Source of the DNA: Nitrosococcus oceani ATCC 19707
GTDB lineage: Bacteria; Pseudomonadota; Gammaproteobacteria; Nitrosococcales; Nitrosococcaceae
Assembly (NCBI RefSeq): GCF_000012805.1
Contig: NC_007484.1
Location: 2,070,001 to 2,102,000 of the forward strand
Length of the DNA stretch: 32,000 nucleotides
Direction of reading: 5' to 3'
In this document: one piece after another, positions 18,007-24,501 of the stretch
Numbering within the stretch: position 1 is the first letter of the stretch
Layout: each line of letters starts with the position of its first letter
Made by a program: the position numbers and the translations under genes
The notes under the pieces: generated by a model
The model's database searches: none
What the model saw: only the letters and a program-made list of their open reading frames with translations
Told to the model about the DNA's origin: nothing

Positions 18007-19368
18007 ATGTTTAATTCCAAAGATAACCGCCAACTCGCCGCTGACCTGGCAGAGCTTTTAGACGCTGGCTATCTGGCTCGAGCAACGACTCGCCTAGAGA
18101 CCAGCGACCCCCCCACCATCGCCAATATCCTGGAAGCCTTTCCCTGGGAGAAGCGGCTTCAAATTTGGCAGCTGCTTACCCCCCAAACTAAAGGCGCGGT
18201 ACTCATCGAATTAAATGAAGAAGTCCAGGATGGACTCATTGCAGAATCGCTCCCAGAGAATTTGGTTAAAACAGTCTCTGGACTCGATATAGACGATTTG
18301 GCTGATCTCTATGAGCGCTTACCGGAAAAAGTCCGGGCGGCCGTTCTGCAAGCCATGGATGAGCGGCGGCGGCAACGCTTTGAGGCCGTGCGCCGCTATC
18401 CCGATGACACTGCTGGCGGTCTGATGGACGTGGATGCAGTAGCGGTCCGAGGCGATGCCACCCTCGATACGGTGCTGCGCTATTTGCGCAGAATCCGGCG
18501 CCAACAGGGAGAACTTCCTGAGCATATGGATGCAATCATTGTGGTTGACCGCGCTTCCCGCTATATAGGCATGCTTTCCCTCAGCGATCTAGTCTCCTTG
18601 GAAGAAAACCGCACCGTCTCAGAGGTCATGCGCGCCGAGCTCAGTCCTATTCCCGCTCTGGCATCCGCGAAAAGAGTGGCGCGGTTATTTGAGGATTACG
18701 ATCTGCTCTCCGCCCCCGTAGTGGATGAGGATAACAAATTAATTGGTCGCATTACCGTGGATGATGTGGTGGATGTGATCCGTGAGGAAGCCGACCGCGC
18801 GCTAATGAGCGCAGCGGGACTGGAAGAGGAAAGCGATATCTTCGCGCCCATCGTCACGAGCGCTAAACGGCGGGCAGTCTGGCTAGGCATCAATTTGATC
18901 AATGCCTTCCTCGCTGCCTGGGTAATTGAGCAATTTGAAGGTTCCATTGAACGACTCGTGGTGCTGGCCGTACTGATGCCCATTGTTGCCAGTATGGGCG
19001 GTATTGCCGGTACCCAAACCTTGACCCTGGTCATTCGAGGCATCGCGCTGGATCAAATAGGGCCCGGTAATATACGCAGAATATTGGGAAAAGAACTGGG
19101 GGTGATTACAATCAATGCCCTATTGTTTGCTTTCATGATAGCCACTACGATGATGATTTGGCATCAGGATAGCAATTTGGCCTTGGTATTTTCCTCAGCT
19201 TTGGCTATTAATCTGCTGAACGGAGCCATGGCCGGGGCCGTAATACCCTTTGTCCTGTACAAACTAGGCATTGACCCGGCTCTCGCTGGTGGGGTAGTAC
19301 TCATGGCAACCACGGATGCCCTTGGTTTTTTTACTTTTCTCGGTCTAGCTACTTTTTTTCTCCTGTAG
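18007..19368 (+). CDS. mgtE: Magnesium transporter MgtE (453 aa)
   Basis: It has an MgtE N-domain, a tandem CBS pair (GGLMDVDAVAVRGDATLDTVL..., LLSAPVVDEDNKLIGRITVDDVVDVI) and a C-terminal 5-TM MgtE domain (PIVASMGGIAGTQTLTL, ATTDALGFFTFLGLA). Confidence 0.95.
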   Translation: MFNSKDNRQLAADLAELLDAGYLARATTRLETSDPPTIANILEAFPWEKRLQIWQLLTPQTKGAVLIELNEEVQDGLIAESLPENLVKTVSGLDIDDLADLYERLPEKVRAAVLQAMDERRRQRFEAVRRYPDDTAGGLMDVDAVAVRGDATLDTVLRYLRRIRRQQGELPEHMDAIIVVDRASRYIGMLSLSDLVSLEENRTVSEVMRAELSPIPALASAKRVARLFEDYDLLSAPVVDEDNKLIGRITVDDVVDVIREEADRALMSAAGLEEESDIFAPIVTSAKRRAVWLGINLINAFLAAWVIEQFEGSIERLVVLAVLMPIVASMGGIAGTQTLTLVIRGIALDQIGPGNIRRILGKELGVITINALLFAFMIATTMMIWHQDSNLALVFSSALAINLLNGAMAGAVIPFVLYKLGIDPALAGGVVLMATTDALGFFTFLGLATFFLL

Positions 19369-19421
19369 CCTCTCTGTGCTTCCAGGCTGCCAATGCTCTT
19401 CCACGGCCTTTGAATAGATGA

Positions 19422-19712
19422 TTGTCCATTGACCAAATGATGCGCCGCATCAGTCTAGCCCAGCTTCCCTACCAAGGCCGGTACACGCCGACGGGCCTGG
19501 AAGGTACACTCACTCATCCCGGCAGCTTCGGGATTCTCAACTGGGGCGCCGTTGCCGTCGATCCCGTCCGCCAGATTACGTTCGGTATCCCAGTCTACCT
19601 CAGCTTTATCTCGTGACTCATTCCGCGCTCCGAGACACTGGACGAGATCGTTTCCGTTCCCGGCTATCCAATGGGTAACGAGAACTTCATCGCACCGTCA
19701 GCGGCTCCGGAA
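19422..19712 (+). pseudogene. gcd: Fragment of a membrane-bound PQQ-dependent dehydrogenase (glucose/quinate/shikimate family, Gcd-like) with an in-frame stop
   Basis: DQMMRRISLAQLPYQGRYTPTGLEGTLTHPGSFGILNWGAVAVDPVRQITFGIPVYLSFIS*LIPR aligns with E. coli Gcd DQLVCRVMFHQMRYEGIFTPPSEQGTLVFPGNLGMFEWGGISVDPNREVAIANPMALPFVSKLIPRG. A TGA at 19614-19616 interrupts the frame. Only about 70-95 codons of an approximately 800-aa protein remain. Confidence 0.75.
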
Positions 19713-19714
19713 GC

Positions 19715-19880
19715 ATGGGTGTAGCAGAGTTGGAGACGACAGAAGTCGGGCGACTGCGTCAGAAACTAGCGGATACCTGCCAAGAACGAGAGATCTTAAA
19801 AAAAGCGGTAGCTCACTTTGCCAAGGAGTCGCTGCAAGGTATACGTTCATATCGAGGGCTGCCCTGCAACTGCCCTAGAA
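19715..19880 (+). mobile_element. IS3-family insertion sequence relic: the 3' end of orfA, the -1 frameshift window and the first codons of orfB
   Basis: The orfA-like frame reads ...VGRLRQKLADTCQEREILKKAVAHFAKES, the leucine-zipper/LKKA..FAKE ending typical of IS3 OrfA. A slippery run TTAAAAAAAG lies at 19796-19805. The -1 frame continues ...GVAARYTFISRAA, resembling the R/KYxFI start of IS3 OrfB, and then terminates. There is no DDE domain and I identified no inverted repeats. Confidence 0.7.
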
Positions 19881-20376
19881 ACAAAGCCAAAGCAGCCACG
19901 GAACTAGGATAGGTAAGCTTAGGTTGGTAAATCAGCATAACTGATCCACCGCACCGTGGGACTAAACAACTAGGGATATATGTCCTTAGTTCTGTATATT
20001 GCTAGCAATAAACATAGATAGCTAGAAAAAATGAGTGAGAAGACTACAAAGTAATGCCCGAAGGACGGCTGAGGTAAATGAATAATCAAGCAGGATAGCC
20101 ACACGGAAGAGCAGCTCTCAGAATTGCCACTATTTACGCCTAGAGAAATGACAATACAGCGGGCATTTCTGGATATCATCCGGCACACTATTTGCCTACC
20201 CTCCCCCATACTACGGGAAGATTAGGAATTCCCTCGGTAATCTATTCGCAGGCGCTGTTCTAGTAAGCCCCCTATCACAAACAGCGACGCAACCCCAATA
20301 AACTCACAGCAGCGTCTGCCCCTCCTAATCATGATCATTTTCCTTTCCCCAGAGAAATAAAAATTTAATCTCTAAA

Positions 20377-21126
20377 TTACCTTTTTTGTACCGAATTCCG
20401 TTGCTTTACCCGCGTGGAACTATCATCTCCTCTACGGTGGTCATAAATGATATAGGCTATAAAAACGATCAAGCTTATTATTGAAACCCAAAACATTCCT
20501 GTCCGTAACCGCTCGTTTGTTTCCCCTAAATAGGCCAGAAGAACAATAAGCGGTAAAATACCAATAAAGGTTGCGGCCATAAACCGCCAATAATTCATCC
20601 GTAACAGCCCACCCACGAAACTGATAGCATCATTGGATAGAAAAGGAGAAAATCGAATAACAATAACTGTCCAGAAACCGTACCTTTCTACATATCCTTC
20701 TATCTTGTGACGGGTTTTCAATCCAATTAATTTATCCACTGTAATGGGACCCAACCAACGGCCGACAAAATAGCCTACGGTAGAAGCCACTAAAACTGCG
20801 ATTAAAGCCACGGTTCCACCCCAAAAAGAGCCATAAGCAAGGATCGAAACAACAAAAATAACTACCGACGGGATAACCACCAAAAACATTTGGGCCACCA
20901 TGGATAAAATGATAATAATAGGTCCCCAGAATCCAAACTGTTCTACAAAGTCATGTAGTTTTTCCCGATCACCACTGAACAAGATATTAAAAAAACGATT
21001 GATTGAATCATGAAGGGAAGGCCAAAAAAAGTATAAGCCTATAAAAATTAATATAATCCCCACAGAGAAGGTGATTAATGGTTTTTTACGGCTGATATGA
21101 TGAATTTTTTGAAATAAACTATTCAT
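20377..21126 (-). CDS. DedA / VTT-domain (TVP38/TMEM64, SNARE-associated) family membrane protein
   Basis: GYFVGRWLGPITVDKLIGLKTRHKIEGYVERYGFWTVIVIRFSPFLSNDAISFVGGLLRMNYWRFMAATFIGILP matches the VTT-domain pattern (G..gR..g....; R..P.iP....n...G). I placed the start at the ATG at 21126 (MNSLFQK...), which is preceded by AAGGAAG 7 nt upstream. The track's 21195 extension is unlikely. Confidence 0.8.
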   Translation of the reverse strand: MNSLFQKIHHISRKKPLITFSVGIILIFIGLYFFWPSLHDSINRFFNILFSGDREKLHDFVEQFGFWGPIIIILSMVAQMFLVVIPSVVIFVVSILAYGSFWGGTVALIAVLVASTVGYFVGRWLGPITVDKLIGLKTRHKIEGYVERYGFWTVIVIRFSPFLSNDAISFVGGLLRMNYWRFMAATFIGILPLIVLLAYLGETNERLRTGMFWVSIISLIVFIAYIIYDHRRGDDSSTRVKQRNSVQKR

Positions 21127-21313
21127 AGTACTTCCTTTAAGAGCTAACTCTAAATATGGAACTAAAAGAATCTCTTTTACCGGCCAAAGTAGCAAGCATG
21201 ATCATCAAAACAACCTTGAAATAGTATTTATTTCTACGTTCTGAAATACGCAACAATTTTCCTTTACCGCTGATCACCACAATAGTATTTATAATTTTTC
21301 TACTGCACCTAAC

Positions 21314-21333
21314 ATCCACTAGTACTAGTGGAT
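21314..21333. repeat. 20-bp perfect palindrome ATCCACTAGTACTAGTGGAT
   Basis: Read directly; the sequence is identical to its own reverse complement. It lies about 190 nt upstream of the DedA-like start, within a 710-nt AT-rich divergent intergenic region. Confidence 0.9.
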
Positions 21334-21836
21334 AAACAACCCCTTACCAGTGATCCCATAAATAGCATGAGCCTATCCCATGTCTCTCACGGTATTGTTT
21401 CAAAAGCTGCCTGGCCTATTCGGCATCGCAACTACCAGCGACAGAACTAAAGACGAATAAAGCGACGCAAGCCAGTGATGCTTAACTTAAATGTCCTTAT
21501 CGTTAGTGTAAATTTTACATCTTTATTATGTAAAAAATTCATCACTACTAATTTCGCGCCTACCGTTTTGCAGAGACTTCCATCATAAGAGTAATAGGAG
21601 AGTAATTTTATACCTATACAATAGCAGACAAGTAGCAACAAAAAAGTGGTAGTCTTTCGTTTATGTGCTATTTTAATGGTACAAGCATATCTATCTATAT
21701 TGATAGGGTAATGCGGCAAACTAAAATGATAAAAAATAGTAGGGGAGAAAAAATATCCTATAATGTTTATTCCAAGCGCTGCTTATTTTCTCGTTATAAT
21801 ATTAATAATTTCAAATAGCTAAGAGGTTATTTTCAG

Positions 21837-22151
21837 ATGACAGACACTACCTTACAAAAAGAAATTGACAGCCTAAAAAAAGAACTAGATCAACTCCGTA
21901 AAGAAATGGGAGGGGTAATCTCAGAAATTAAGAGCCGCAGCCAAAGCGTCGCCCGGACGACCCAAAACAAGGCCGAAGAAAGACTAGATGAAATGCTAGA
22001 AAAACTAAATAAAGCATACTTATCTGCCCGTGAAAGTGGCCAGCAGGCAACTATAGCAACTCATAGGGAAATTAAAAAACATCCGGTGGCAAGCGCAAGT
22101 ATTGCTTTTATAGGTATCGCCTTTTTAGTCGGATTATTCTTACGAAAATAA
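21837..22151 (+). CDS. DUF883 family tail-anchored protein (ElaB/YqjD/YgaM-like, 104 aa)
   Basis: A long charged helical N-terminal region is followed by a C-terminal ...EIKKHPVASASIAFIGIAFLVGLFLRK. This matches the architecture and C-terminal anchor of E. coli YqjD (..YVRENPWTGVGIGAAIGVVLGVLLSRR). AAGAGG lies 9-10 nt upstream, and TATAAT hexamers are present at 21759 and 21795. Confidence 0.7.
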   Translation: MTDTTLQKEIDSLKKELDQLRKEMGGVISEIKSRSQSVARTTQNKAEERLDEMLEKLNKAYLSARESGQQATIATHREIKKHPVASASIAFIGIAFLVGLFLRK

Positions 22152-22753
22152 ATGGCAACTAACCTTGTGTAAAGTTCTTAGTTCTATTGTAAGAAGGGTA
22201 GGCGTTATGTAAATATTTCATCACTATTAGCCTTGAACCGGCTATCTTATAGGCATCTCCATGGTGGATCATGGGTAACTTTGAGGGGCAATTTTTATGC
22301 CCATCAAATAGCAGAAATAACGATGGCAGGCGCCTTCACTTACGCAGGGTTAAAAAACAGTAGCTTTTCTTTTTGGTTTCACCTGCGACAAGGCGCTTCA
22401 ATACCTATTGCCATACCAATCATGGCTGTAAGCGATTACAATTCTAAATCCTGCCATTCCTCCCTTTCTACTCCAATGCTATTAAAATCCTAGCCTAGCC
22501 TCCCAGAACGTCTTCCCTCCCGTAAAGCTTGTAAAGCCAATCAAGTTTTTCACAGCACGAACAGCGACTGGCTTTTCATTCTTTATTATCCCATCGGCTA
22601 AATATATATTTCGGTAATATTACCTAATCCTAAGGTTGAAATCCTTGTCTATACTATTAGATAGGGAGTCATTTTTTAAGGCATTGTTTCTTTTAAGTAC
22701 ACGCTAAATTCCTTTTCTAGCCCTGGAGAAATCTAGCTAAGCGGGAGAAAGCA

Positions 22754-23794
22754 ATGAAAAAAGATGAAAAAAAGATGGTATTGAGCCCCACGGATATAGC
22801 CAGTGCCCAAAAAGCATACAGCGCTGTGGTGGGAAGTTTTTTAGATCCTCGGAAACAGCTAGCCAATGTGATTGGCATGGGAATAGGCGTAAAATGGACT
22901 AAGGGCGAGCCTACGGGAAAACCCGCATTGGTAGTACTGGTTACTCAAAAATTAGCAAAAAATGAGCTAAGCCCATCTAACATGGTCCCCAATAAGCTCC
23001 AGGAAATGCAAACCGATGTCCTTGCCATAGGGTACCCGTTAGCCGGTCAAGCGAAGACAAGTATTCAGACCTTAGGAAACCGGGTCCGTCCAGCAGAAGG
23101 CGGCTATAGCGTGGGACATAAAGATATTACTGCGGGCACCATCGCTACTTGTGTCTATGATATTTTGCCAGAGGGCAGCGTAAGCCCACCCTCCCAGGGG
23201 ATTGGTATTCCTTCCAATTACTACCTCCTTAGCAACAACCATGTACTCGCCAACAGTAACGCCGCTTCTTTAGGCGATTCCATTCTTCAACCTGGTCCCT
23301 ACGATGGAGGCACGGACCCGGCGGATCGTATTGCAAGCTTGAGCCGCTTTATCCCCATCACCTTTGACCCTCCGGTGCCTCAAGGAGATCATAACAACCT
23401 TGTAGATGCCGCTATCGCCCAAGTGGAATTTCAGGATGCTGATCGAAAAATTTATTGGATTGGCGACGTTCGAGGCTGGCGCCAGAAACGTGATGTAGCA
23501 GTAGGTATGCCAGTGAAAAAAACTGGCCGCACCACCCATTTCACCATGGGCAGAATAACAGCGATAAACGCCACGGTTAACGTCGGTTATGGCGGTGGCA
23601 AGGTGGCGCGGTTCAGGGATCAGATCATTACGACACCTATGTCCGCAGGCGGCGATTCTGGCTCGTTAGTGACAACTCTGGACAATATTGCGGTCGGTTT
23701 GCTGTTTGCCGGTTCCTCAGTAGCAACCATCGTAAATCAAATTGAGAACGTGCGCTCGCTATTGCGAGTGGAAGTCGCGGAACAAATTCTGTGA
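22754..23794 (+). CDS. Chymotrypsin-fold (S1-like) serine protease with an N-terminal pro-region-like module and no recognisable signal peptide (346 aa)
   Basis: The catalytic triad is in canonical order and context. These are His163 in LLSNNHVLAN (nt 23240-23242), Asp218 in NLVDAAIAQV (23405-23407) and Ser302 in SAGGDSGSLV (23657-23659). The N-terminal approximately 100 aa is non-catalytic. GGGAGAAAG lies upstream of the ATG. Confidence 0.8.
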   Translation: MKKDEKKMVLSPTDIASAQKAYSAVVGSFLDPRKQLANVIGMGIGVKWTKGEPTGKPALVVLVTQKLAKNELSPSNMVPNKLQEMQTDVLAIGYPLAGQAKTSIQTLGNRVRPAEGGYSVGHKDITAGTIATCVYDILPEGSVSPPSQGIGIPSNYYLLSNNHVLANSNAASLGDSILQPGPYDGGTDPADRIASLSRFIPITFDPPVPQGDHNNLVDAAIAQVEFQDADRKIYWIGDVRGWRQKRDVAVGMPVKKTGRTTHFTMGRITAINATVNVGYGGGKVARFRDQIITTPMSAGGDSGSLVTTLDNIAVGLLFAGSSVATIVNQIENVRSLLRVEVAEQIL

Positions 23795-23807
23795 AAGATT
23801 AGATCCT

Positions 23808-24161
23808 GTGGTGTTAAGTTCAGTTAAAAAAACCATTCCTATTTTAAGAGATGGTTCAGTGAAGTATAAACTGCATGAGTATATAAACAGAATTTTTGCG
23901 ATAGTTTTGATTCTAGTTAGCCTCGGCTATCACAATTTCCTATTTTCCTCGGAAACTGTCGTAACCGTAAAAGAGCGACATGAACCTTGGATCATGAATT
24001 TTCCAGGTGTCGTGGGAACAGGAATCGGAGATTGTCAAGGGACTCCTTGCATCAAGGTCTATATAAAGGAGAAAACCCCTGAATTAGAACAGCAATTACC
24101 TAAACGAATTGAGGGATTCCAACTTGATATAGAAGTCACTGGACCTATCGAGACTCAATAG
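23808..24161 (+). CDS. Small membrane-anchored or secreted protein whose C-terminal approximately 65 aa is a paralog of the protease's N-terminal module
   Basis: It has a hydrophobic segment IFAIVLILVSLGY after a basic stretch. This is followed by VVTVKERHEPWIMNFPGVVGTGIGDCQGTPCIKVYIKEKTPELEQQLPKRIEGFQLDIEVTGPIETQ. The start is ambiguous: TTG 23742 (overlapping the protease by 53 nt), GTG 23808 or 23811, or GTG 23859 preceded by AAGAG. The stop at 24161 is firm. Confidence 0.55.
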   Translation: MVLSSVKKTIPILRDGSVKYKLHEYINRIFAIVLILVSLGYHNFLFSSETVVTVKERHEPWIMNFPGVVGTGIGDCQGTPCIKVYIKEKTPELEQQLPKRIEGFQLDIEVTGPIETQ

Positions 24162-24229
24162 GATTAAACTTTCCTTGATGCCTTCATCCCTATCAATTCG
24201 CGGAGAGATAATGTTAGGAGCCAAATAAA

Positions 24230-24466
24230 ATGAGCCTTTCAGCCCTCATAAAAAAGTATGAAGCGCAGTTGATGGGTCTACCGAATGTCACAGGCATTGG
24301 CGTCGGAAAAAAAGCAGGAAAGGAGATCATCCAAGTTTTTGTAACTCGCAAAGTTCCAGAATCTGCTTTACAGCCCCATGAGATTATTCCCAAGAAATTA
24401 GAAAAATATGAAATCAACGTCGAGGAAAGCGGCGCGCTCCTAGCTCAATCCGATCCCAGTGCCTAA
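24230..24466 (+). CDS. Small soluble protein (78 aa) consisting essentially of one copy of the same module
   Basis: The sequence is MSLSALIKKYEAQLMGLPNVTGIGVGKKAGKEIIQVFVTRKVPESALQPHEIIPKKLEKYEINVEESGALLAQ. AGGAG lies 9 nt upstream of the ATG. It is collinear with the modules in the two preceding genes. Confidence 0.65.
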   Translation: MSLSALIKKYEAQLMGLPNVTGIGVGKKAGKEIIQVFVTRKVPESALQPHEIIPKKLEKYEINVEESGALLAQSDPSA

Positions 24467-24501
24467 CCAGCGCTTCATTTGCTTGCAAGGAATGTAGGGA
24501 G

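Noticed and set aside
17715-18014. 99-aa plus-strand ORF in the mgtE leader. I also tested an M-box riboswitch and other structured RNAs (RNase P, 6S, tmRNA, SRP, and glycine, TPP and cobalamin riboswitches) on either strand.
   Set aside because: The ORF has no Shine-Dalgarno sequence, runs into the mgtE start, and looks non-protein-like. I could not find the conserved cores of any of the listed RNA families by eye. The region is kept only as an unexplained long leader.
19970-20209. 79-aa minus-strand ORF, and a start-less plus-strand frame (..EEQLSELPLFTPREMTIQRAFLDII..) in the gap between the IS relic and the DedA gene
   Set aside because: Neither has a credible start or ribosome-binding site, neither shows a family motif, and both are surrounded by decayed sequence. 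They are probably debris from the same rearrangement that left the gcd and IS3 fragments.
21447-21719. 90-aa minus-strand ORF in the AT-rich divergent intergenic region (also 21137..21319)
   Set aside because: It has an extreme AT-driven composition (Ile/Lys/Leu/Tyr-rich), no ribosome-binding site, and overlaps likely promoter elements.
22233-22493. 86-aa plus-strand ORF upstream of the protease module
   Set aside because: It has a TTG start without a Shine-Dalgarno sequence, no motifs and an implausible sequence. It is treated as non-coding unless expression data say otherwise.
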